From assembly GCA_963736855.1 (NCBI GenBank), contig CAVTQK010000018.1, forward strand, positions 1 through 30,808: a DNA stretch of 30,808 bases, read 5' to 3'. This DNA comes from an uncultured delta proteobacterium (lineage in GTDB: Bacteria; Desulfobacterota; Desulfobacteria; Desulfobacterales; UBA2156). This document shows positions 19,627 through 28,249 of the stretch, one piece after another. Each line of letters starts with the position of its first letter. The stretch's first letter is position 1. The notes below the pieces were generated by a model. The model was not told the origin of the DNA, searched no databases, and saw only the letters and a program-made list of their open reading frames with translations. A program made the position numbers and the translations under genes.

Positions 19627-21594
19627 TCATCTATTCCTTTCTGGACTTGAATTGTGAAATCGGTAACCCATACCTGGAACAGTCTCGATCAACGATGCTT
19701 TCTCACTCATCTTTTTCCTTAACGATCGGATAACCGCATCGATAACATTACTTCCGCCATCGTATTTATACCCCCAAACATCGTCCAATAAAGATGCTCG
19801 AGTGCATACTTTTCCCTCCCGATGATAAAGATAGTTCATGACTTTGAATTCAAGAGGCGTTAATCTCACTCGCTTCCCATCAATTAACAATTCACGTGCT
19901 TCTGTATCAAAGAATTTATCGGGCTCAATTCCGATCTCGGCATCAACAAGGCTGCTTAGCCACCCTCCGACTAAGGACGATCCAAAGTCGACCACGGCAC
20001 TGAAGTATCGTTTTCCATCCAGTTGCACATCAATGTGATCCAACACCTTAAAACCGAGTGTTTTCCAGACCGGAAAATAAGGACCTGGATCATGGAGGGT
20101 TACATAAACCCTCCTGAGATACTGTCGCAGCTCTATGTATGTACGTTTGATATCCAACCAGCATGCTGCCTGAACTGGTGAAGGAGCCTCACCATTCTCT
20201 GTAGCGAGCCATCTGCGAATAAAAAGAGCTTTTTGCTTTTCGGGAATCGGATCATGCCGAAGATGTTCACACCAGCTCCAGATTACAGGATCCTCCTTAA
20301 GGAGGGATCGCTTGACGGTTTGTGGATTGAACATGAAATAAAATCCTGAGATCATCCCATTCTTATCGCGCACGACATTAAATGAATTCGGCAAATGTTT
20401 CCACCACCATTCGACACATGCGGAGGCTTGCGGACCATCCTTTTGCTCAGAAATTGCGTGAATAGCCTTCATATCTCCCGGCTTTGCCGGTTCAACGGTA
20501 TAAGGCTGCGAAGCCCCGGGGAAAAAAGCTTCCCGGATGATCGGATTTTCTATAATATACAGCAAATCAGCGGTATACCGCCAAAGTTCGGCCTTGCCGG
20601 CTGTATTCATTTCTTTACGTAGTTGGGTCCACGCGGCCTTTCGAAATAAACGGTACCTGTTTGGGTCTGATGCTTTTAGAGAAGATGCGATTGTTTGTCG
20701 GACCGTATCATGAACGATAAGCCCGTCCCTGCCGCTTTCCACAAAAGGAAATCCACGAAGCCGCTCATATGCATCTTGAGGAGCGGCATGGGGAAGCATC
20801 GCATAAAGGAGTGAATGGGTCGTGCGGCGGATGACTGAGGAGGCATCAAGTATTTCTCGACTTAAGGGATCTTGCACATCAGAAGTGTATATGTTGGTGA
20901 GCTCCTCAACAACATGCTGGGCTACAATTTCTCTAAGGTTAAGAAAGGGTCGCTCTTTCAATGCGGCAGCTGCAAGTTTAAGTGCCAAGGGATGCCCGCG
21001 TGCGAATCGGTTGATATTAAAGGCTTCATCTTCTTTCACGCCTAATCTTAAAAGTAGTTCAATAGCTTCATTATCCTTCAAAGATTCTAACCTGATACTT
21101 TGAAACAATCCCTGCCAACCGGGTTCAACCAACCATGAAGATACCGGAGGTTCACGCCCAAAGAAGAATACACGCACATTATCACCCAGGGCCGGGACAA
21201 AGACCTGACGAAGCCACGTATCCATAAGTCGGAAAACTTCAAATGTGTCAAGAGCAAGCACCACCCGCTCCCCGAGTTGCCCCAATCTGTCTGCTACATC
21301 CTCCGGGGTTGTGTGATCACCGCCGATGGCTGAATTAAGACGATAAATGAATCCTTTCTCTGTCGGTTCTATGGATCGGCAATCAAAACCAACTACAGTA
21401 GCCCCTCGCTTTCGTGCTTCTTCCGTAAATGCTTCTAAGAGAATCGATTTCCCGATACCTCCAATTCCATGGATATGGGTAACAACCGGGCTCTCCTGCT
21501 CCAAAACTTTAAGCAGAATCTCAATCTCTTCCGCTCTTCCCGTAAAGTTCTTTAAAGCCTGTTGTGTCAGCAGATCCTTCATCTTATGAACCAT
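19627..21594 (-). CDS. P-loop NTPase with C-terminal OmpR/PhoB-type winged-helix domain, transcriptional regulator
   Basis: FTGRAEE, Walker A GIGGIGKS, Walker B LALDTFE, GHPLAL; C-terminal LTPLEFKVMNYL...VWGY...SNVIDAVIRSLRKK...IETVPGMGY. Confidence 0.88.
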   Translation of the reverse strand: MVHKMKDLLTQQALKNFTGRAEEIEILLKVLEQESPVVTHIHGIGGIGKSILLEAFTEEARKRGATVVGFDCRSIEPTEKGFIYRLNSAIGGDHTTPEDVADRLGQLGERVVLALDTFEVFRLMDTWLRQVFVPALGDNVRVFFFGREPPVSSWLVEPGWQGLFQSIRLESLKDNEAIELLLRLGVKEDEAFNINRFARGHPLALKLAAAALKERPFLNLREIVAQHVVEELTNIYTSDVQDPLSREILDASSVIRRTTHSLLYAMLPHAAPQDAYERLRGFPFVESGRDGLIVHDTVRQTIASSLKASDPNRYRLFRKAAWTQLRKEMNTAGKAELWRYTADLLYIIENPIIREAFFPGASQPYTVEPAKPGDMKAIHAISEQKDGPQASACVEWWWKHLPNSFNVVRDKNGMISGFYFMFNPQTVKRSLLKEDPVIWSWCEHLRHDPIPEKQKALFIRRWLATENGEAPSPVQAACWLDIKRTYIELRQYLRRVYVTLHDPGPYFPVWKTLGFKVLDHIDVQLDGKRYFSAVVDFGSSLVGGWLSSLVDAEIGIEPDKFFDTEARELLIDGKRVRLTPLEFKVMNYLYHREGKVCTRASLLDDVWGYKYDGGSNVIDAVIRSLRKKMSEKASLIETVPGMGYRFHNSSPERNR

Positions 21595-21820
21595 TGGTAT
21601 AGTCTCCTGATGATAGATCGGGCTTCTCGTTACTCCGTTTAATCTGCTGTTCTTTATCCGAAAAAGGGAAGTTTGATGAGTTCGTGGAATCTATTAATTT
21701 TGGCTTCCGGTTCAATCCTACGGACTGTGGATGGTACCATTAATATAAAAAATAGGCAATCGCAATATGCAGAGTACACAGGGTCACCTTATGTAACCTT
21801 GGTACGCAACTTGCCTTCTT

Positions 21821-21990
21821 GGGCCTACCGCATCAGTCGTCATCCACAAGCCAAACCACTCGATATTTAAGGAGGTTACACCATGACCCATGCTAACGAT
21901 ATCCCCTTCGCCAAACATCTCGACAGCATCCGGGCCCCCTGTCGTCACAACACCCGGCACCTCAAATCGATCGTTGTGAAATTTTCATAA
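21821..21990 (+). mobile_element. Putative ISAs1-family left end and transposase 5' fragment
   Basis: GGGCCTACCGCATC resembles an ISAs1-type end; AAGGAGG then ATG 21883 MTHANDIPFAKHLDSIRAPCRHNTRHL resembles the ISAs1 transposase N-terminus; runs into the duplication at 21961. Confidence 0.45.
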
Positions 21991-22106
21991 TTTTTTCATC
22001 TTCTCATCATGACTTTTGCAAATTATTATTATAAACATCATACTATACAGTTCGGCTACAACATCCTTGAGAAATCAATAACACTGAATCCAAGGAGGAG
22101 ATTGAC

Positions 22107-22439
22107 ATGACTCAAACAGATGAAGTGCAAAAGATCAATGAATTATTCGGTTATCTTGGAAATAATACGCCTGAGCAGACAAACGCCTTCGGTCCATTCA
22201 TGGAGGCTGTCGAAAAAGATGGAAAAGTCCCTTCAAAAATCAAAGAGGCAGTCGCTCTTGGAATCGCGATAAAAGCGCAGTGCACAGGTTGCATCGCCTG
22301 GCATACGAAGAGAGCGCTTGAGAAGGGGTTTACGAAGGAAGAGATCCTTGAGATCGCGTGGGTTGCTGTTCTCTTGGGAGGAGGACCGTCGCTTACCTAT
22401 CTGTCATATGTCAAAGATGCCTTAGAGGAATTTGCATAG
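22107..22439 (+). CDS. Carboxymuconolactone decarboxylase / AhpD-like protein with CxxC (copy 2)
   Basis: 105/110 aa identical to copy 1 (K4T, D12E, T19N, M26N, A107E); CTGCIAWH retained. Confidence 0.9.
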   Translation: MTQTDEVQKINELFGYLGNNTPEQTNAFGPFMEAVEKDGKVPSKIKEAVALGIAIKAQCTGCIAWHTKRALEKGFTKEEILEIAWVAVLLGGGPSLTYLSYVKDALEEFA

Positions 22440-22442
22440 GAA

Positions 22443-22556
22443 TGCGTATGCCAGGGCGAACCGCTGTTCAGATCGACGCCGAACAGGCATTCCAATTGAT
22501 CCCGATCAGCGGTTCCCACTAATGCCGAACTGTTCTCGGAGCGAAGCGACGCTGTT
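22443..22556 (+). mobile_element. Orphan IS21-family-like terminal repeat region (copy 2)
   Basis: TGCGTA start, periodic CCGAAC motifs, CGGAGCGAAGCGACGC. Confidence 0.6.
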
Positions 22557-22624
22557 TTCAAAGGGGTTCTGATTGTCACTTAACCCTACAACGAAACTTA
22601 TCACTAATTCAAAGGAGGTGCAGC

Positions 22625-23221
22625 ATGGTACCATTGAAGCCGGGTTGGCAAATTAAGGGAACGTATAATGAGGCCTGTGCCTCAGAAGGGCCCTGCCCTT
22701 ATTATTTCGGCAGGGACAAAGTAGGTGGTTGCCGATACTTTATGGTTTTCAGGATCCAGGAAGGAAAAGTCAATGATGTTGATCTTTCCGGGATTACGAC
22801 TATGTATATGGGTGACATACCCCACCCGTCTTTTGAAGAGCTGATGAATCTCGGATCAGAGGGAGCGATCTACATAAGCGATAACGCCACCCCGAACCAG
22901 CGCGAGATCCTTGATACCTTGGCCGTTGAAAGCCTCGGTGGTGTCTTGATGAAAAAAGTCTACGGCGTCAAATACGTAAAGATGGACATTAAAGAAGAGA
23001 ATGGCACGGTACATTTCAAAATGCCGTTTGGGGAGATGAACCAATATCTATCTAAGGGAGGTGACGGCAGTACGCCCGTGCGTCTTGAAAACCAAGTCCT
23101 CCCCATGCTGACGGACGTGAAAACCTGCCATACTCCGGTTTGGAGCTTCAAGGATCATGGAAGGCATTTCGACTATAAGGACGTCTGTGGCGTCTGGGCC
23201 GACTTCGCTTTTGCCGGATAG
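22625..23221 (+). CDS. DUF1326-like protein
   Basis: WQIKGTYNEAC...CP, FRIQEGKVNDVDLSG, IYISDNATPNQREIL pattern; AAAGGAGG RBS. Confidence 0.72.
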   Translation: MVPLKPGWQIKGTYNEACASEGPCPYYFGRDKVGGCRYFMVFRIQEGKVNDVDLSGITTMYMGDIPHPSFEELMNLGSEGAIYISDNATPNQREILDTLAVESLGGVLMKKVYGVKYVKMDIKEENGTVHFKMPFGEMNQYLSKGGDGSTPVRLENQVLPMLTDVKTCHTPVWSFKDHGRHFDYKDVCGVWADFAFAG

Positions 23222-23252
23222 GACTTCCAAAAACAGTTCAGACCAAAGAGAT

Positions 23253-23294
23253 GAAGAGCCGCCCTTCCGTTTTTTGATGGCAAGGGCGGCCTTC
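23253..23294 (+). terminator. Hairpin after the DUF1326-like gene
   Basis: GAAGAGCCGCCCTT...AAGGGCGGCCTTC inverted repeat. Confidence 0.55.
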
Positions 23295-23410
23295 AGGCCC
23301 TTTCCCGGATGGACTTGAGCTTACCCTATAAAATTATTAGACTATCTGAATCAGACGAAATTTAGTTATTAACTTTCCTTTGGCACATCAAAGAAAAGGA
23401 GGGTTTAAAA

Positions 23411-23620
23411 ATGGCAAAAAATCTCAGATGGGAAGAACTCTGGTCACCGCTCGAAATTAAAGGTGTAAAGTTCAAGAACAGGATGATGCGCTCGGGTACG
23501 TATGAAGGCATGGCAACAGAGCAGGGAAAGGTCACACCGCAGTTAGAGTGGTGGATTGCGAGGCAAGCAGCAGGGGGAGCAGCCTGTATTTTTCCCGGCT
23601 ATTTGCACGTTTGCCTGTTA
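23411..23620 (+). pseudogene. Truncated NADH:flavin oxidoreductase (old yellow enzyme family), N-terminal ~70 aa only
   Basis: LWSPLEIKGVKFKNRMMRSGTYEGMA...ARQAAGGAACIFPGY; family resemblance stops near 23615; AGGAGG RBS. Confidence 0.8.
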
Positions 23621-23898
23621 CGGTCACACCTTTGGCGATCTGCCTCCCCGGCTCCAGCAAGACCTGCAGATGACTCACCGGCCACCCGGAATCGACTACG
23701 GCAACCGGTCCGGATCCAGTATAACAAACGGAGCGGAATCGGGGTCGTACCAAACAAACCAATTGATGGCTTAGTAACAGTTTAGTCTCTCCCTACCGCG
23801 AGGTGGATGTACCGATGTACCCCGGCAGGGAAAGAATGCCGTCTATCGGAATACGCCTCGCCATTCGAAGTCAAACCTTGTCGGAAAAGAATCAGAGA

Positions 23899-25434
23899 TC
23901 AACTGGAGTTATTATACAGAGCCGCCTGAGCCGTAGCGGTATCGGCGGTGAGGAGGGTTTCGAGGAAATCCCTTGGCAAGACACCCTGCCTTCGGGCGGT
24001 TTGGACCAGGCTGGGAAGAATGCTGTGGGTTATCAGACCGCTATCCGAGCGGGTGCCGAAACATATCTTGCGGAAGATCACCAGATGGCGAAGAGACTGT
24101 TCGGCCAGATTATTGGTGGGCGGCACCCCGGGTCGTCGGAGGAAGGTAAATAGAAATTCCTGTTGGGGTCCGGCGAGATAGGCCCGGAGGGTCTCGGCGG
24201 GTTTAAAGGGCAGCGGATGTTTAGAGAGGAGGGCGAGTTCCCTGGAGAATCGTTTTTCCATAGGGGCCGCATTCTTCCAGGGGATAGCGCCGGATTTCAG
24301 TTGTTGCCCGGCCAGGCAGAGTCGTGAGGCCAGGTCCATAAGGCGATCGCAGAAGGGACCGGTGGCAGCGTCCCTCTCGGACTCCGGCAGGAGCGCCTGC
24401 TCCCGGCTGATTTCCTTGGCCTTGGTGATGATATGGGCCAGGCAGGATTGCCAGTCCCTGCCGATACCGTTATAGGCGGCATAGCGGTCGCGCACCAGCG
24501 TGCCGTTAAAGTCTTCTCCGAAAAGGGCTTGGGCCACCTCGGCCGACCGATGCCGGTCGATATGAAAGAAGGCGAGGTTTTCATTGCCGGCGAACCAGAC
24601 GAAATGCCCCAGGCCGTCATTGCGCCAGGAGGTTTCGTCGGCATGGACCACGTCGGAGGCCCTGATCTTCTGGCGCAAGTCCTCATAGATCGGCGCACCC
24701 CGGGCCGCCGCTTTGCGATCGAACCCCAAGGCGGAAGCCGGAACAAACTTAAGTCCGAACAATTCCCGGAACAACTCCGCCGTTTTTCTATAGGGAAGGC
24801 CCATCCGGTAGCGTAAATAGATGGCTGCCGACTTGGCGACCGGCCCGATGGGGGCGTTTAAAAGTTCGCCCTCGCCCGCCTGAACTACCGGCTGATGGCA
24901 CCGCCTACAGAACGCTTGTCCATGCCGATAGCGGGTAACCCGGGTGCGGGGTTGGAGGACGATATCTTCCTGGAGATGGTCCTGGATTTCGGCCAGGGGC
25001 GTCAAGTCGTTGGATTGGCAATGGGGGCAGACGGTCGGGGCCGGCACCTCCACCGTCCGGTCAATGTGGTCCGGCTGGGGCCTGCTCCAGCCCGGATGTC
25101 CCACCGGGGCCCCCCGCTTTTTCTTTTTTTCCGGGGACGATGGAACTCCCTCGCTAGCCGGCACGTTTTTCTTGCTCGGCTTAAATTGTCTTTGGTGTAA
25201 GGCCCGCAGTTTCGCCTTGAGTTCCGCATTCTCTCGCTCCAGGACGCGTACCCGCTCATTCTGGGCCTTTAAGGCCGGGTCAAAGGCCTCAATGATCCGC
25301 AGATGTTCCTGGTATTCCTCGCCGGCCCGCCGGTACTCCTCCAGAACCCAGGTGGTGGACAGCCAGTCCAGATAGGGACAGGAGTGTTGGTAGACACACT
25401 TAAAATCATGGGACGGATAGGGAGGCAGTCGCAT
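23899..25434 (-). CDS. IS66-family transposase (TnpC-like)
   Basis: Coiled coil, KKRGAPVGHPG, CPHC...CRRC, HADETSW, LVRDRYAAY, WQSCLAH, PTNNLAEQSLR. Confidence 0.93.
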   Translation of the reverse strand: MRLPPYPSHDFKCVYQHSCPYLDWLSTTWVLEEYRRAGEEYQEHLRIIEAFDPALKAQNERVRVLERENAELKAKLRALHQRQFKPSKKNVPASEGVPSSPEKKKKRGAPVGHPGWSRPQPDHIDRTVEVPAPTVCPHCQSNDLTPLAEIQDHLQEDIVLQPRTRVTRYRHGQAFCRRCHQPVVQAGEGELLNAPIGPVAKSAAIYLRYRMGLPYRKTAELFRELFGLKFVPASALGFDRKAAARGAPIYEDLRQKIRASDVVHADETSWRNDGLGHFVWFAGNENLAFFHIDRHRSAEVAQALFGEDFNGTLVRDRYAAYNGIGRDWQSCLAHIITKAKEISREQALLPESERDAATGPFCDRLMDLASRLCLAGQQLKSGAIPWKNAAPMEKRFSRELALLSKHPLPFKPAETLRAYLAGPQQEFLFTFLRRPGVPPTNNLAEQSLRHLVIFRKICFGTRSDSGLITHSILPSLVQTARRQGVLPRDFLETLLTADTATAQAALYNNSS

Positions 25435-25436
25435 GG

Positions 25437-25715
25437 TTATTTGGACTGCAAGTTCAGGATCTCCCGGTTGACATTGGAGAGCTTTTGCAGAAGGAACCAG
25501 AGATGCTGGTACCGCCTGCTCATCTCCAAAGCCATGGGAACGAGGTCCTTACGGACATAAAACGTTACGGTCTTTCCCTCCGCCTTGGTGGTCAGGTTGT
25601 AGCCGCTCATGGAAGGGGACTTGGCGACCGTCCCGATCAGGAAAGTATCGAGCAGGGAGGCAATTTCTTCCCTGAGACTGGCTTGGCGCTGTTTTAGGAT
25701 TTCGCTCCGGCCCAT
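25437..25715 (-). CDS. IS66-like element accessory protein (DUF6788-like)
   Basis: 92 aa from ATG 25715 with GGAGG RBS; YNLTTKAEGKTVTFYV...L.KLSNVN; directly upstream of the transposase within the inverted repeats. Confidence 0.65.
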   Translation of the reverse strand: MGRSEILKQRQASLREEIASLLDTFLIGTVAKSPSMSGYNLTTKAEGKTVTFYVRKDLVPMALEMSRRYQHLWFLLQKLSNVNREILNLQSK

Positions 25716-25762
25716 TTTAAACCCTCCGCTACTATGAGTATATTTACTCATATAATTAGAAC

Positions 25763-25796
25763 AAAAAAAAGCCCACAAATCAATAGAATTGTGGGC
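25763..25796 (-). terminator. Rho-independent terminator-like hairpin inside the IS66-like end
   Basis: On the - strand GCCCACAA...TTGTGGGC followed by T8. Confidence 0.6.
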
Positions 25797-25920
25797 GCGT
25801 GAACAAAAAAGTTTCCAAAGGACTAAAAAAGGACTAAACTGTTACGCGGATTCAACCCAGGAAAAGCGGGACGTTCTTGAATTCGTTGAATTACTATTAA
25901 ATTTATGGCCGCGGACCCAC

Positions 25921-26068
25921 GGATGATAGAGGACGGAGGACGGAGGACAGAGGATAGAAGATGGAAGATGGGAAGAGAGAAGACGGAGGACAGATGACGG
26001 ATGACAGATGACGGAGGGCGGAGGATGGAGGACGGAGGACGGAGGGCGGAGGGCGGAGGATGGGAGAT
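25921..26068. repeat. Degenerate heptamer tandem array 1 (consensus RGAKGAY, ~21 units)
   Basis: ggatgat agaggac ggaggac ggaggac agaggat...ggagggc ggaggat gggagat; 148 bp = 21x7+1. Confidence 0.93.
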
Positions 26069-26381
26069 AACAAAAGAAGAAAGAGGGGGAAGGGAGACAC
26101 TGGCAAAAGAAAAGATGCTCAGCCTCCGGCGATCGGTTCAAGCGGCAGGTCGGCGTGCTCGTTTGGACTTCAATTCGCGCTTGGCTGCCGCATACGCCAC
26201 CTCTTCTATCTCGATTCGCTCTTTGATCACCTGCGTAGAGCCACTCTTCGACTCTGGGAGCATGGTGCATTCGAGCGAGAAACGCTGCCCTTTCCCCGAG
26301 GTCCGGAGGAAGGGAGAAAGAGCCGGGTTTGCCGCGTCGCACTTCAATCGGTGACTCCCAAGCGGCGTCGTTTTCGGCCTG
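26069..26381 (-). pseudogene. Duplicated 3' part of the BrnT-associated antitoxin gene plus its downstream DNA (5' truncated)
   Basis: 313 bp nearly identical to 28502..28815; encodes QAENDAAWESPIEVRRGKP...KRARRPAA* but lacks the gene start. Confidence 0.88.
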
Positions 26382-26454
26382 TGAAAAGGGGGACGTTGTT
26401 CACTTCATTCAGAAATATATTTACAAGGGAAGCCAAATAGAGTAGGAAGGTCCT

Positions 26455-27462
26455 ATGCCACGGCACGCCCGTTTAGATGTCCCCGGTACCCTGCACCATG
26501 TTATGGTCCGGGGGATCGAGGGAACCAATATCTTCCAGGATGAGGAAGATCGCCAAGCCTTCGTTGATCGGGTCAGGTCCCTGGTTCGGGAAACCGGGAC
26601 CCGCATTTTGGCCTGGGCACTGATGGACAATCATGTCCATTTGCTGATCATCAGCGGACCGGTTGGCCTACCGACTTTTATGCGGCGCTTGTTGACGGGG
26701 TATGCCGTCGGCTTTAATCGGAAGCATCGTCGATTGGGGCACCTGTTCCAGAACCGTTATAAATCCATCCTCTGCGAGCTGGATCCGTATCTGTTGGAAT
26801 TGGTCCGGTATATTCACCTCAATCCCCTCCGGGCGGCGGTAGTCAAAGACCTGGAGGAATTGGAAAATTTTGTTTGGAGCGGTCATGGGGCCTTGACCGG
26901 CCGGCAGAAGAACGACTGGCAGGAAAAAGATTTTGTGCTCGGCTTTTTCGGGGGCAAAGAAAAGAAGGCCATTAAGGCTTACCGGGAATTCATGGAAGCG
27001 GGGAAAGGTCTGGGTCCCAGGCCGGACCTGGTCGGCGGCGGATTGATCCGCAGTCTGGGGGGCTGGTCGGCCGTCTTGTCTCTCCGGCAACAAGGCGAAA
27101 GGGAGGCCTATGATGAGCGGATCCTCGGGGGCGGCGATTTCGTCCAGGCGGTCCTGGAAGAGGCGGATCAAAAATTGGCCCGGCAAATTCGCGCCCGGAA
27201 GAAAACAGGATCCTTGGCCCGAATCATTAAAGAACAGTGCCGGGAAGCCGGGGTCAACGAACGGGAGTTGCGATCCGGGAGCCGTCGCCGGGCCGTGTCG
27301 GAACTCCGAAGAAGCCTCTGCGTTTATTTATACCGGGAACTGGGGATCCCCCTGGCGGAGATCGCCCGGCGGGTGGGGGTGGGGACCAGCGGAGTGGCCA
27401 TGGCGATTAAGGGGTTGGAAGCGGGAAATAAAAACGACATTGATGATTTGAAAGGGAAGTGA
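26455..27462 (+). CDS. REP-associated tyrosine (Y1/HUH) transposase, RAYT-like, with C-terminal HTH
   Basis: MPRHARLDVPGTLHHVMVRG, HUH motif MDNHVHL, GHLFQNRYKS, YIHLNPLRA, WSGH; C-terminal IPLAEIARRVGVGTSGV. Confidence 0.9.
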   Translation: MPRHARLDVPGTLHHVMVRGIEGTNIFQDEEDRQAFVDRVRSLVRETGTRILAWALMDNHVHLLIISGPVGLPTFMRRLLTGYAVGFNRKHRRLGHLFQNRYKSILCELDPYLLELVRYIHLNPLRAAVVKDLEELENFVWSGHGALTGRQKNDWQEKDFVLGFFGGKEKKAIKAYREFMEAGKGLGPRPDLVGGGLIRSLGGWSAVLSLRQQGEREAYDERILGGGDFVQAVLEEADQKLARQIRARKKTGSLARIIKEQCREAGVNERELRSGSRRRAVSELRRSLCVYLYRELGIPLAEIARRVGVGTSGVAMAIKGLEAGNKNDIDDLKGK

Positions 27463-27495
27463 TAAGGTTAGAAAGGTTAAACCCGGAGGTCGAAA

Positions 27496-27726
27496 ATGAG
27501 ATTTAAACGAATTACGGTCAATGCGGCGCAAATGGGGGGAATACCTTGTCTGCGTGGGCTTCGTATCCCGGTAGCCACCGTTGTAGGGATGGTGGCTGAC
27601 GGTATGAAGGAAGAAGAAATTATCGAGGCCTTTCCTGATTTGGAGCAAGAAGATATTCAGGAGGCTTTACGATACGCGGCGGAAGCAGTCCGGGAACGGG
27701 AACTCCCACTATTGCTGGCCTCGTGA
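27496..27726 (+). CDS. DUF433-family antitoxin
   Basis: [22 protein letters not shown]...[25 protein letters not shown]. Confidence 0.92.
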   Translation: MRFKRITVNAAQMGGIPCLRGLRIPVATVVGMVADGMKEEEIIEAFPDLEQEDIQEALRYAAEAVRERELPLLLAS

Positions 27727-28107
27727 GATTTTTAATCGACAACGCTCTTTCCCCTGCTGTAGCCGAAGCCTTGCGAGAATCAGGGTACAATGCCGTCCAC
27801 GTCCGCGACTTGGGAATGCAAGCGACGACGGATGAAGAAATTTTTACTCTGGCCGCCGTTGAAAATCGGGTAATTATTTCGGCCGATACCGACTTTGGAA
27901 CATTGCTGGCCCTTCGACAGGAAAGCAAGCCTTCGGTTATTTTATTCCGGAGGGGAACGGAAAGGCGACCCAAAATCCAGGTGGCCCTTCTCCGAAGAAA
28001 CATTGAAGCTATCCAGGAAGCACTGGGCCAAAGAGGGTAGTGTCGTGGTCTTTGAACAATCCCGTATACGTATCCGCACGCTCCCCATCAGCAGCAAAAA
28101 AGCCTGA
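27723..28107 (+). CDS. DUF5615/PIN-like toxin (frameshift near 28030)
   Basis: [31 protein letters not shown]-terminus [18 protein letters not shown] is in another frame; GTGA overlap with the DUF433 gene. Confidence 0.88.
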
Positions 28108-28249
28108 AAAAACAGAAGAGGTCTGAATTAAAGGGGTAGAGTAGAGCTGGAGCCTATCTGTTGCCACTTTTTTTCTTTTTGACGCACGCATTTACTCGGA
28201 ACCATAGTGGTTAGCCGGGTCCAGCCCTCCCAGGACCACCCTTGAAGAG

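Larger units (their letters stand above)
21961..22583. repeat. Copy 2 of the ~620 bp direct duplication
   Basis: Matches 11781..12397. Confidence 0.95.
23774..25845 (-). mobile_element. IS66-like insertion sequence, 2072 bp, 14 bp perfect terminal inverted repeats
   Basis: GTAACAGTTTAGTC (23774-23787) and GACTAAACTGTTAC (25832-25845); GTAA ends are typical of IS66; no target duplication seen. Confidence 0.9.

Noticed and set aside
23411..23785. 124 aa ORF as an intact protein
   Set aside because: Only the first ~70 aa resemble a flavin oxidoreductase; the rest is read-through across a breakpoint.
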